A DNA stretch of 64,000 nt, taken from Rebecca billardiae RCC1528. Its lineage: Eukaryota > Protista > Haptophyta. The stretch spans positions 682,001 to 746,000 of the forward strand of contig OZ251246.1 of the NCBI GenBank assembly GCA_965240325.2, in the 5' to 3' direction. Positions 10,758 through 22,801 of the stretch are shown here, piece by piece. Positions within the stretch are counted from its first letter, which is position 1, and each line of letters starts with the position of its first letter. The translations under genes and the position numbers were made by a program. Under the pieces are notes generated by a model that was not told where the DNA came from, searched no databases, and saw only the letters and a list, made by a program, of their open reading frames with translations.

Positions 10758-10949
10758 GCACGCCCACCAGCGCGAGCGCGCGAGGGCCGCCGCCCGCGCG
10801 CGAGCGCCAAGCTCCGCGCGACGACCTCGTGAGCAGCCTCGGCCACGCGTGCGCTTCCGTGAGAGACGGTTGGTCACTGCGCCGGACCGCCTTCGACCGC
10901 TGCCCGACCGACGGGCGACCGCCCGCCCCGCCGCGCCGGTCCCCGGCGC
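10758..10949. promoter_or_regulatory. Probable bidirectional promoter (about 190 bp) between exo-mutS and the CmcJ-like gene
   Basis: Head-to-head ATGs at 10757 (-) and 10950 (+). Confidence 0.5.
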
Positions 10950-11885
10950 ATGGCGTCGCTGCAGCGAGGAGCGCTCTTCGCCCGCCGTCGGATGTCCACG
11001 GCGCCGTGCGTGCTGGGCACGCTGCACTACCAGGACCGCGTCCCGGGCAAGGGCGTCGGGCGGTACATCGGCGTGGAGGACCGAGGCGAGCTGTGCGACG
11101 TGCACAAGCCCGTCGAGGCGCCGATTCTCGACGCGCGCGCGATGCAGCCGGCGCCGTCGCTCCGGACGACGGGCTTCGAGCTGCTGCGCGCGCCGAGCTC
11201 CGCGGGCGACCTGCGAGACGACGCCACCGTCGAGAGCGCGTACTATGACGAGGTCATCGCCCTCGTCAAGCGCGCGACGGGCGCGACGCACGCGCTCGTC
11301 TTCGACCACACCGTGCGCGAGACCGGCCGGACCAACCTGAACACGCTCAACGCGCCGGGCGCGGCGGCCGCCGTCGTGTCGCGCGTGCACTCGGACTACA
11401 CGGACGAGGGCGCGCCCCGGCGGCTCCGCCAGCTCGTCGCCTCGGGCGCGTTCAAAGGCACGATCTCGCAGGCCGAGATCGGCCGCTTCCTCGACGGCGA
11501 GCCGCGCGCCGGCCACTACTTCATGTTCCTCAACGCGTGGCGCAACGTGGACCCGTCGCGGCCCGTGCTACGCTCGCCGCTCGCCGTGTGCGACTGCAGG
11601 TCGGTGGCGCGCTCCGAGCGCTTCCCGTACACGATGGTGTACAAGGACCGCGTCGGCGAGAACTACTCCCTCGAGCACGCGCCGCACCACCGCTGGGCGT
11701 ACTTCCCGCGCATGGCGCACGACGAGGTGCTGCTCTTCAAGGTGTTCGACTCGCGGCCGGCCGTGCCGGGGTACGTGTTCCACGCGGCGTTCGAGGACCC
11801 GACGACGCCGCCCGACGCGCCGCCGCGCGCGTCGATCGAGTGCCGCACGGTCGCCTTCTTCGACGGCGCCGAGGCGGGGGCGTAG
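10950..11885 (+). CDS. CmcJ/NvfI/AsaB-family oxidoreductase (Fe(II)/2OG-type hydroxylase/desaturase-like)
   Basis: Motifs GFELL, YYDEV...TGA..ALVFDHTVR, VHSDYT, NAWR, PLAVCD, HRWAYFPRM..DEVLLFK.FDS, HAAFEDP and PRASIECR. Confidence 0.85.
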   Translation: MASLQRGALFARRRMSTAPCVLGTLHYQDRVPGKGVGRYIGVEDRGELCDVHKPVEAPILDARAMQPAPSLRTTGFELLRAPSSAGDLRDDATVESAYYDEVIALVKRATGATHALVFDHTVRETGRTNLNTLNAPGAAAAVVSRVHSDYTDEGAPRRLRQLVASGAFKGTISQAEIGRFLDGEPRAGHYFMFLNAWRNVDPSRPVLRSPLAVCDCRSVARSERFPYTMVYKDRVGENYSLEHAPHHRWAYFPRMAHDEVLLFKVFDSRPAVPGYVFHAAFEDPTTPPDAPPRASIECRTVAFFDGAEAGA

Positions 11886-12089
11886 TATGAGGACAATCGG
11901 TGATGCGCCCTGTCGGTGAGTGTCGGGCCGTATTCGGACGAGGCTGCCGTCAGCACTCAGAGCAACCGGCGAGCCGAGTCCGAAACTCTTGATGGCTGCG
12001 CGAGGCCGTGAGACCTGAGACATGAGACTGGGTGCCAGCACGAGTGCTGCAAGGCCGCGCCGCGTACGGGATGCTACGACTGTATTGTA

Positions 12090-12137
12090 ACAGTTTACTA
12101 AGAATAAGAGACGCACACAGCTCAGGCAGGCGAGATT
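12090..12137. repeat. Dispersed ~50-bp repeat (inverted copy at 55520-55569; partial copies at 55924-55968 and 51108-51133), possible MITE terminus
   Basis: acagtttactaagaataagagacgcacacagctcaggcaggcgagatt matches the reverse complement of 55520-55569 apart from a 2-bp indel and one substitution. Confidence 0.7.
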
Positions 12138-12303
12138 ACCGCGCGCCCGCTCCGGGCGGGCGCAAGGGAATATCCTCGTCTCATATTCCCATGACTGTGC
12201 AGTAACAATTGAATGCATCAGACTTCCCGTGCAGTTTGCTGCGTGGACGAAATCGGGAATCTAGACGAGTTCTCGCGCTCTCGCCCGCACGTCCGCCTCC
12301 GCC

Positions 12304-13781
12304 ATGCCGTCGTCGACGACGCACTGCAAACGCACATCGCCAGTCGCACGCGTCGCGTTGGTGCTGGCGTTGCTGCAGGTGGTGTCCGGCGCCCTCCGAC
12401 CGACGCTCCGCACGCGCGTCCTAGGCCTCCGAATGGGCCTCCCCGAGGTACCGATTGCGTCGACGCATTCGGGCATTGATCTCGAGCGCGATGTGTACCT
12501 GCACCCGGACGAGAAGCCCTACTCGGACGGCTCACGCCCGGCGGGTGCTCCCGAGCTTGCGCAGTCTAATTTCAAGCGCCAGTTCGGCGCGCTCGCGCAG
12601 GGCGCGTGGGAGACGCTCGTCGGCCGCGAGGTGACCAACACGACGATGCCCGAGTGCCTTGGGCTCACGCTGTCCAACGCGGCGGTCACCAACGCTGAGA
12701 GGCGGCGTGAAGCGGCGAACGGCGGCGTCGACGCGCACCCAGTCTCGCGCGTCCTCTACAACGTCGGCTGCTTCTTCCTGGACAACTTCTTCGACGGTCG
12801 TCCCATCCAGCGCTTCTGGTTCCTCGAGACAGTGGCGCGCATCCCGTATTTTTCGTGCGCGCTTGGCGCACCTCAAGGCAGCCGCGCGCCGCGCGCGCCA
12901 CAGCGCGCGTGGCGCCCTCAACGAGGCGGGCTACGTGGGCCCACCCGTCTCTCCCGCCCGCCCGCGCGCGCCCGCGCGCGCCGCCCGCCGCAGCTACACG
13001 TCGATGCTCCACCTGTACGAGTCGTTTGGCTGGTGGCGCGTGCCCGAGCTGCGCAAGGTGCACAACGCGCAGGAGTGGAACGAGGTAGCGCGCGCAGCCC
13101 GCGGGCGTGTGGGCGCGTGCGTGCCTCTCGGGCGCGGGGGGCGCCCTCAGCGCGCCCCCTGCCCACCCCGCCCGCCCGTGCCCCCGCGTGCTGCAGCTGC
13201 ACCACCTCCTGATCATGGAGGCCCTCGGCGGGGACGCGCTGTGGTCTGACCGTTTCCTCGCGCTGCACGCGGCGATCGTGTACTACTGGTTACTCATACT
13301 CACCTTCCTCTTCTCGCCGCGCATCGCGTACCAGTTCATGGAGCTGCTCGAGGCGCACGCGGTGGACACGTACTCGACCTTCGTCAAGGAGAACCGGCCG
13401 CGGCTCGAGGCGCTGCCGCCGCCCGCCGTCGCGCGCTCCTACTACACGGGCGCAGACCTGTACATGTTTGACGACTTCATGATGCGCGAGGCGGGCTCGC
13501 GCCGACCGCCGTGCGACAGCCTGCTCGACGTGTTCGTGAACATCGCGGAGGACGAGGGCGAGCACGTGAAGACGATGCGCGCGTGCCAGGACTACGCGGT
13601 GCTCGGCTCACTCGTGCTCAGCCCGCACCTCGACAAGCGGCTCGAGCCCATGGACGGCCGTGGCTCGTTCGACGGCAGTGTGCGGCCAACGACACAGTCG
13701 CCCGAGAAGCGCGCCGCATGGGAGAGCTGGGCCAGCGCGCTGCACGAGGAGATGCGGCACGGCGAGGCGGCCGAGGGATGA
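12304..13781 (+). CDS. PTOX: Plastid terminal oxidase (alternative oxidase family); exons 12304-12854, 12994-13084, 13197-13781
   Basis: The spliced product reads [30 protein letters not shown]...EWNELHHLLIMEALGG...WSDRFLA.H.AIVYYW...AYQFMELLEAHAVDTY...NIAEDEGEHVKTM, containing the diiron ligands. GT-AG introns at 12855-12993 and 13085-13196 restore the frame. There is a hydrophobic signal-like N-terminus. Confidence 0.92.
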
Positions 13782-14662
13782 GCTCCGCGCCCGCGCGCGC
13801 GACCCTGGCTGGCTGGCAGCTTAGGAGTGCGATGGACGCCACTCGACAGTTTTGAACCGTCTTCGTCTGCCAGTACTGGCGAAGTGGCCATAGTGCCCTA
13901 CGGACGGTGTTGCTAGGCCAATGGTGTTCAGGAGACAGGATGTGCTCGGCATTATGCTTGTGGCCGAGGCGCGCATGCCCGGAGGCGCGTCGTGCGCGCT
14001 TTGGTGCGCGCCCACGAGCCTGGCTGCTTGGATGCGGCGCACGGCAAAATGACGCCGCCGAGCGGCGCGTATGACGCGTGCGCGGACAGCGGCGCCGTTT
14101 GCGGCGGCGGCGGCGTCGGCGGCTGCGGGGACGGCGCATGCGACGACTGCGGATACACGGAGCCATACTGCGGAGCCGCATACGGCGGCAGCGGTGGCAG
14201 CGGAGGCAGCACGCCGCCCGAGGGCGAGCTCCCACCGCCAGCAGCGGCCGCCGCCCGTGACGACGCGCGCCCCACTGGGCCAGCCCGCCCCGCCGCCGCG
14301 CTCGCGGGCCACTCCCCGTGCGATTCCACAGTCGGCTCGGCGGCATCGTGGTCGTGTTGGCCAGTTTATAAAGTGGGTAAAATTGCGCACGTTTGTTGAC
14401 GCGAGTTCTGAAAACATCTCAGTATCTATGATAAATAAGCCGATTCAATGATCGTGAAAATGACTATAATAGACGGTCGGAGTTCATTCCTCGTCCTTGT
14501 GTCCCGACTCCCGATCCGTAGCGTCAATCACATGCGCCCAATGACAATAGGACGGCTCAATTTCAGGGGCAGGGACTGTCCTAGCAATCAGTAGTGAGTA
14601 CTGCTGCACTGCGGCAAAACTGCGCTCGACCGCCCCGCGCCCTCGCCACGACCGGGGCGACC

Positions 14663-16315
14663 ATGCCGGCAGTCTCGATGGCTGACATCACGGGCACGTC
14701 CACGGACAGCGACGTGGGCTCCGTCGTGCCCGACTGGATGGACGCGCGCGCGCGCCGCCAGCGCTGGCACGCCCCGGTGCACCTCGTCGAGAATCAAACG
14801 TGGAAGGAGGCGTTCCGATTCGGCGAGGAGATGGGCGTGGGCGGCTTTGCGTCGGTGTCGCGCGCGGTGCACATCGCGACGGGCACGGAGGTGGCGGTGA
14901 AGATGGTCATCGATCGCACCAGCGACGACAAGCCCACCGCCAAGTCCGACTCCGTCCGCCGCGAGATCGAGACCATGCGCCGGATGGACCACCCGGCCAT
15001 CGTCTCTCTGATTGAGGTCTTCTCGCAGAAGCCGACGCCGCAGGAGCAGGACCCGAACGCGCCGTGGGTGCGGCGCTGGTGGCTGATCCTCGAGCTCTGC
15101 CGCGGCCGCGACCTGCAGCACATGCTGCTCGACCGCGGCGCGCTCCCGCTCGAGGACGCCGCCGCCATCTTTGGCCAACTCGCCGTCGCGGTCGAGCACG
15201 CGCACTGGCGCGGAGGTGGGCGCGCGCGCTCGCTCGCGCGCGCGTGTTCGCCCGCGGCGCAGCGGCGGGGCAGAGGGGGCGCGTGGAGGCAGCCCGCGCG
15301 TGCGCCTGCGAGCGCGTCCCTCCGCCCGGTGCGCCACCCCTGCTCCAACCCGCCGCAGCTCAGCCGCCCTCCGCGCCGATGCGTACCCCTTCCCGCCTGC
15401 CCCCGTTCTCTCCGACCCCGCCCTGTCCCGCACCGCACCGCCCCTCCAGTGATCCACCGAGATATCAAGCCGGGCAACGTGATGATCCTCGACCCGTCCG
15501 AGACGGGCGGCGCCAAGGGCCCGAAGATCAAGCTGCTCGACTTTGGGCTGGCCGAGGCGCTCGACGAGCAGTTTGTGCGCTTCTACCGCAAGGCGGCGCG
15601 CAAGCGCGCGCTGCGCGAGGGCGTGAGCCTAGACCCGACACTCACCGAGTACGACTCGATTCACGGGCGGACGACCAGCAAGCGGTTCACCGCGGGGCTG
15701 CTGCCGTCGGCCGTGATGGCCGGGCAGGCGTCGGAGTACGACTCGGCCTCCGAGTCCGGCGGGCCGTCGCTCGGGCCGAGCCGCGGCACCACACCCGTGC
15801 CCAACCAGGGCACGCCGCTGCCGCAGATTGAGGAGCGGCGGCAGCGGCAGCTCCGGCGCGAGGTCTTCGCCAAGGGCGAGAGCATGAGCCGCGTCGGGCC
15901 GAACCTCGAGCCGACTGGCACGCAGGAGTTCGCCGCGCCCGAGGTGCTCGCGGAGGAGAACTACCGCAAGAAGCACGGCACGGTCGGCGGGATGGTGGAC
16001 AACGTGGTCGTGCGCACGCCGATGGTCGTCGACTCCTATTCGATGGGTAAGCTGCTCCTCTATGTGCTCACCGGCGTGCCCCCGGACCAGCACCCGGGCT
16101 GGTTCGTGGCGACGCGCCGATCGCCGCTCTGGGGGATGGTCCGGGGCTGCGCCGGCCGCTCGCCGTACACGGCGCGCAGGCTGGAGGAGCTGCCAGACGA
16201 CGTGCGAGCGCTCGTGAACGGCCTGACCGACCCGTCGCCTCAGACGCGGCTCACCATCAGCGACCTGCGCGCGCACCCGTGGGTGGTGGCAGCGCACGCG
16301 CCCTCCGCGGTGTGA
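14663..16315 (+). CDS. Ser/Thr protein kinase (CAMK-like); probable in-frame intron 15216-15449
   Basis: Motifs MGVGGFASV, VAVK, RREIETMRRMDHPAIV, LILELCRGRDL, (spliced) HWRGVIHRDIKPGN, DFG and GTQEFAAPE. The 234-nt gtggg...ctccag segment interrupts the subdomain VIa/VIb junction. Confidence 0.88.
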   Translation: MPAVSMADITGTSTDSDVGSVVPDWMDARARRQRWHAPVHLVENQTWKEAFRFGEEMGVGGFASVSRAVHIATGTEVAVKMVIDRTSDDKPTAKSDSVRREIETMRRMDHPAIVSLIEVFSQKPTPQEQDPNAPWVRRWWLILELCRGRDLQHMLLDRGALPLEDAAAIFGQLAVAVEHAHWRGGGRARSLARACSPAAQRRGRGGAWRQPARAPASASLRPVRHPCSNPPQLSRPPRRCVPLPACPRSLRPRPVPHRTAPPVIHRDIKPGNVMILDPSETGGAKGPKIKLLDFGLAEALDEQFVRFYRKAARKRALREGVSLDPTLTEYDSIHGRTTSKRFTAGLLPSAVMAGQASEYDSASESGGPSLGPSRGTTPVPNQGTPLPQIEERRQRQLRREVFAKGESMSRVGPNLEPTGTQEFAAPEVLAEENYRKKHGTVGGMVDNVVVRTPMVVDSYSMGKLLLYVLTGVPPDQHPGWFVATRRSPLWGMVRGCAGRSPYTARRLEELPDDVRALVNGLTDPSPQTRLTISDLRAHPWVVAAHAPSAV

Positions 16316-16642
16316 CGCCGACGCGCGTCCGGCGCCACCGCCGCGGCCGAGGGCTGGGGGATATGCCGGCTCGATGCGCACGGTGACGATGCGAATTGCG
16401 ATACATGCGCACGGCAGCCGGGCGCTGATGGCTCCGCCGGCGCTGCAGCCTCGCTGCAGCGCCTGCTGCGCATTATTTTTCTCCGCGGCCCCCGGGCCCG
16501 GTCCGAGTGGGCAGCAGTCTCACTCAGTCTAGCAGCAGCAGCATCAGGTCGTCGTCGTCCGTAGTCGGGCGCTTACAGATCTGAGCAGAGTGACCGATAT
16601 CGATTAGTTGAGCGGCGCGCTACTTATCGGACGTACTACGTA

Positions 16643-19052
16643 GGGGGTCCATCAGATTAAATTGATTTTTGATTTCTTTTCTTTTCCTTTTCAGAACTTG
16701 TTCGGCGTGTTTTCGCGATCGGCAGATTCCAAATCCGCGCTCGGCTGGCCCAGGCGCGGGAGCGGAGCTCTGAACGGGGTCGGCGAGGCTGATGGCCCTC
16801 GTCGACGGCCGTCCGCTCGCCGTTGGGCGCGCCCACCTCGGCGCAGGCGCCTCGCCGAGCGGCTGGGCGGCTGCGGACAGGTAGCCATGCTTCGTGTGGA
16901 CCGGGCTCTCGCTGGGAGTCGCTGGCCGGTCGACGCTCGTGCTTCATGATTTGAATCTGCGTGCTCAACGTGTGCTGCCCGCGACCAAGGAGCGCGTCCT
17001 AGGAGCACGTACAGGCGAGCAACGCGGAGACGAACATGCGCAACGCGGTGGGATAGGCATCGGCAACGACTCGACGCTGTCTCCTTCCCCACCCGACGCT
17101 GCCTTCTCGCCCTCGGACGTGCCCGCGACGCCTCTGCCGCAAGGGCCAGCTACCGCCGACCAACTTGCGGACCGCTGTGCCGGGCATGACGAGGTCCAGG
17201 GCGCGGCAGATGATGATGCACGCGTGCCCATGGATGTGTGCAACCCGCCCGAGGTCCCCGCTGGCACCGCCGAGGGGCTCGCCTCCTCCGCGGACGGCCT
17301 CGGCTGTGTGCAACCGTGCAGGCCCGAGCTACGGCCTGACGTCAACGTCAGCGCGCAGCAGCTCGAGGAGACGGCGGTGGCGGCGCGCGCCATCCACGTG
17401 CTGCAGCCCTTGGCCGGTCGGCCCGTGGCCGGCTTTCGCCCGCGGTACGCATCGGTGCTCAACTTCATGCTCCTCGACCTCCTCCGTACGCTCATGGACC
17501 TCATGCTCGAGAACTTGAAGAAGCACAAGCCGTTGGTCAGAGTGTTCACCCCGGCGTGCGCCCAGACCGCGCGCGACGGTGGGACGAAGAAGCCCAATGC
17601 GCTCGCGCTCGTCTGCGCGGATGCGCTCGGCATCTCGGCGCGCCACGACTCGCCGCTGCTGGAGGTGATCGGCATCTGGCTGATGACCGTGCACAGGTGG
17701 TGGAAGGGCAAGAACAAGGACATGGAGCGCATCCTGAGCCGCGGGAAGCAGGGCGCGTCGGCGGCGGAGAGGAAGGCGGAGCTGGATGCCGACGACACGT
17801 CGCTGGGCGCCGGCGACGACAGCTGCCCCTTCCGCGACCTCTACTCGCCCCCCGACGCCGGCGCGCCGCGCGCGTCCGCAGCAGGCCGCGTGCAGGTGCC
17901 GCTGCACGAGCAGCGCGTGACTCCTGCTGAGCACGCGGTCATCTTGGAGCAGCAGGTGCGCCTGACGGAGCAGCAGGTGGAGCTGGACTCGTCGCGCAAG
18001 GCGACCGCGCGCGCCGTCGCCGACGCTGCGCGCGCCAGCTTGCGCGCCGACGCAACCGAGCGCAGCGCGCGGGGGGGCACAGATCGCGCTGCGGCCGAGC
18101 GGGCTGCCATGGCTGCCGACTGCGTCCAGTTCGAGCGCGAGAGGAGAGCGGCGGAGCTCGAGGGCGAGCGCGCGGCGAAGCGCGCGCAGTCCGCCGCAGG
18201 ACCGGTGGACCGGTGACGGCCTCGCGTGGGCTGGGGTACGACGAACGGCGACGACGCCGGTGACACAGAGCACGGGCACGGAAGTCGCCGAACGGCCGCG
18301 GCAAGCTCGGCGGCGGCGATGACTGCTAGTCTGCGCACGCAAGCGTCGATGGCGGAGGACTCCTTCACGACTATGGGGATGGTGGCATGCTCAGAGGTGC
18401 GCTTGGTAGTGTGCTTCGGCACGCAGCCCGCCGCCCACATCAGGTTCGTCCGGGCCTGCTGCGGGACGGTTTGACGGTGGCATGAGCCCGCCGTCACTGA
18501 CACTCCGCGCGGCGGCGCGGCCTATTCGGATGACCCAGCACGAATAGTGAACAAGGTACCCCCATATTGACACCACCCTGAATATATATTTAAACCCCAC
18601 CCGCATTGTATAATAAACGGGTGGGTAAGTGCATATATACGGGTACATGTCTCTAATTAAGTGGGTAACATGCTCGATCTTGGAGTAGTTTTTCACCGAC
18701 CTCTACGCGCACTCATCGTGCCTACTAAAATTTAGCAAGTCCACCTTAATTTTGTTGGGGCGGGTTGCAACGGTTATGAATAAGTAAGTCCGACGACATA
18801 CCGTCATTTAGCCGCCATAACAAGTCGTTGACGTTTGGCTGAATCTGTATGTGACACAGTGTCACAGTGGCGCAGCTGGCGTGCGCGCACGACCGCGCGA
18901 CGACGCGCGGAGTCGGTTTTGGGTGCTTCTGACGGCTGGGCTGGGTTCCAGGACATATTTGTGGGTGCCTCCGCAAGCGCCACGCTCGTCAGACACCTAA
19001 ATCGCATGGTTGTCGAAAATCACAATTCAGTGGGCTGCTGTCATGGACCCCC
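16643..19052. mobile_element. Putative 2.4-kb DNA transposon-like element with 10-bp TIR GGGGGTCCAT and TA target duplication
   Basis: TA|GGGGGTCCAT at 16641-16652 and ATGGACCCCC|TA at 19043-19054. No transposase was recognised. Confidence 0.5.
16894..18216 (+). CDS. Hypothetical protein with C-terminal coiled coil, inside the TIR element; start uncertain
   Basis: 440-codon ORF with a protein-like central part (RYASVLNFMLLDLLRTLMDLML...IWLMTVHRWWKGK). No family was recognised. Confidence 0.4.
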   Translation: MWTGLSLGVAGRSTLVLHDLNLRAQRVLPATKERVLGARTGEQRGDEHAQRGGIGIGNDSTLSPSPPDAAFSPSDVPATPLPQGPATADQLADRCAGHDEVQGAADDDARVPMDVCNPPEVPAGTAEGLASSADGLGCVQPCRPELRPDVNVSAQQLEETAVAARAIHVLQPLAGRPVAGFRPRYASVLNFMLLDLLRTLMDLMLENLKKHKPLVRVFTPACAQTARDGGTKKPNALALVCADALGISARHDSPLLEVIGIWLMTVHRWWKGKNKDMERILSRGKQGASAAERKAELDADDTSLGAGDDSCPFRDLYSPPDAGAPRASAAGRVQVPLHEQRVTPAEHAVILEQQVRLTEQQVELDSSRKATARAVADAARASLRADATERSARGGTDRAAAERAAMAADCVQFERERRAAELEGERAAKRAQSAAGPVDR

Positions 19053-19111
19053 TATACTACGACGCGCGGATGGACGATTAATTATTAAAATTTATACGGT
19101 ACCACTATCTA

Positions 19112-19113
<2 letters not shown>

Positions 19114-19180
<67 letters not shown>
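19114..19180. repeat. (TA)n microsatellite
   Basis: Direct. Confidence 0.98.
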
Positions 19181-20565
<1,385 letters not shown>

Positions 20566-22801
20566 GACTTTTACTTTTAGTGCGCGCAGTACTAGCATTA
20601 TTTTTGACATCATCGCGATGGTATAAGACTACATACAATAATCGACGACGACGATTGTCATCGTCAGCAACGTATAGGACGGCTACTACGACGATCGAGG
20701 CGGCATATCAGAATAAAGATATGACGAGCGCAGATATATATGATCGGCTACGCCGATCTTCGGGTAGTGAACAACGAAGTTGACGGCGCACGGCCCTATA
20801 GTGGCTAGTTGTCGCGTTCTGTCTTATTCGTCACGAATCACGCAGCTTGTGAATGTGAGCAGCAGCCGGCTTGTGACGACACGGTCGGACGGTCGGACGG
20901 TGCCATGCGCCGAATGCAGCCGAGTCACTGGCGAGTCCGACAGCCGGGCGGCGGCGCCGGGGGTGCACGCGAGCTCGCACGCGCGTTGTGTGCGCAGCCG
21001 CGCTGCGCGCAGAGCAGCCACTCAGCGCCGCGCCCGACCACTACGCGAGAAGCCGCTGCGCCGCGCGCAGCGGCAGCAGCGGCGCCTCCGCAGCGCGCGC
21101 CGAGCCGCCACCTCCCGCCCGCCTCACGGCCGCGGCCGCGGCGCGCGAGCGACTTGCGGCTTGCGGCGGCGGCGGGCAGCGGCGGCGCGGCGAGCGCGCA
21201 CAGCGGCCCCTCGAGCGTGCGGCCGAGCGCCGCCGCGTACGTCGGGTCGCGCGCCGCGCGCCGTCGCCCACACGGCAGCAGCCCCGCGTGCGCCGCCGTC
21301 TGCCACGAGGGCGCGGAGCACGGTGGTGCACACATTTTGGAGGCGCGCGCCGTCGAGGCGCGGGACGGGCGGGAGGGCGGACGGGGGCGGGAGGAGCGGC
21401 GGCGGCGGCGGCGGCGCGTTGCGCGAGCCGCAGCGTACGCCCGCGCCGATCTTGAATCTCGACGGCGGCGGTGCGGCGGCCGTGGCAGCGCGTGCGCGCG
21501 CGTTGACCAACGGCGGCGCGGCCTCTGCCGTCTGCGACGGCGGCACGGTGCGGCAAGGGCAGCGGCGGCGCGACGGCGTCGGCGGTGGCGCGCTCGCACA
21601 GCGTCTGCCGCCCGCGTGCGCCGCCGTCGTCGCCGTCGTCGCCGCGACGGCGGCACTGTGCGCCGACCGGTTAGCGCCCTCCCGGCTCCGCCCCTGCGCT
21701 GACTGACGGGACGCCGAGGAGTTGACGGAGGGCGTGCGCGCGAGGTCGGCGGCGGTGTGCGCGGCGGCGCTGGGCGAGTGCGCCAGCTTCTCGGGCAGCG
21801 CATGCCCCGCCGCGCGCCTGCCGCCGCCCAGGCTCCCCGGCGCTCGGCCGCGCGCCACGCCGCCGCGCGCGCGCACGGGGCGGCACGTGCGCACGGCGGC
21901 ACCGACGGAACATGACGCCTCGCGATCTGAATCGTCACGCGACTTATGCTGGTAGTCTTATTTTCGATCACACCCGCATTGGCTTCGGAATCAGTTTGCA
22001 ATAAGGGGTGAGGAATCTTGAATGACAATCGCAATAATTGCCCTTCCGCTCAGGCTGTCTAGGACACACTCACTACACTTCTTTCATCAGAGAGCTCTTA
22101 ATCCTCGCAGATAAAGATTTCGAATCCCATCACCCGCATTGGGCCAAGAAGCCAATAACAGATGACTTCGTCCTATTTGCTTCCGATTTCTTCTATTACT
22201 TACTATCCAAGGATTAAGGAGCAGTACAAACGCAATCATGAGCAGCGAAATGGACTCAAATGCTCGGTTTCACACCTAAATCCACCTACAAAAATCCCCC
22301 CAAATCCTGCGCGCATCCTCTTTTTTGATTTTGCGGAGCACGTGCGCCGCCCCCCCCGGCTTTCGCTCACGCTCAGACCTTTCGGGGGGGCCGTGCGCCA
22401 TCATAATTCATATTGCGCCGCAATGGGCATTAGCCCGAATCATTAGGCACCCCGCCACCCGCCGAATCTGGCGGCACCATGCTGCGCCCGGCTGGCCTAC
22501 GACAGCAAGCTTGGCGGCCCGAGCGAGAGCACAACGGAGTAGTGGCCGCCCGGACGGCCTCTTAAGTTGCCATGCACCCTTACTTACTTAATCCTCCAGT
22601 CGTGTCGCACGACTCGAAACATTTTGAAGAACCTGCTCTGCGCACGCACGCACGACGACGACCCTGGACTCGGGCTCGGCTGCCCGTTGGGTTGTTAGCC
22701 GCGCCGCGCTGCTCTCGGTTGGACGAGTTTCGGCATCATACGACCGTATTCGTTTTTGTTTTTGGCTCCGCCCTGCCCGGCGTGTGCTGGGCAGGGCGGC
22801 A

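Noticed and set aside
10758-11516. Upstream 253-codon extension of the 2030-aa MutS ORF
   Set aside because: It is the antisense shadow of the CmcJ-like gene from a non-ATG start. ATG 10757 gives a sensible presequence.
3292-13781. Functional gene cluster of ALDH, MutS, CmcJ-like and PTOX
   Set aside because: No shared pathway is evident. Adjacency is expected in a compact eukaryotic genome.
20780-22034. Overlapping GC-rich ORFs on both strands
   Set aside because: No consistent frame or recognisable domain; possibly decayed coding sequence but unsupported.
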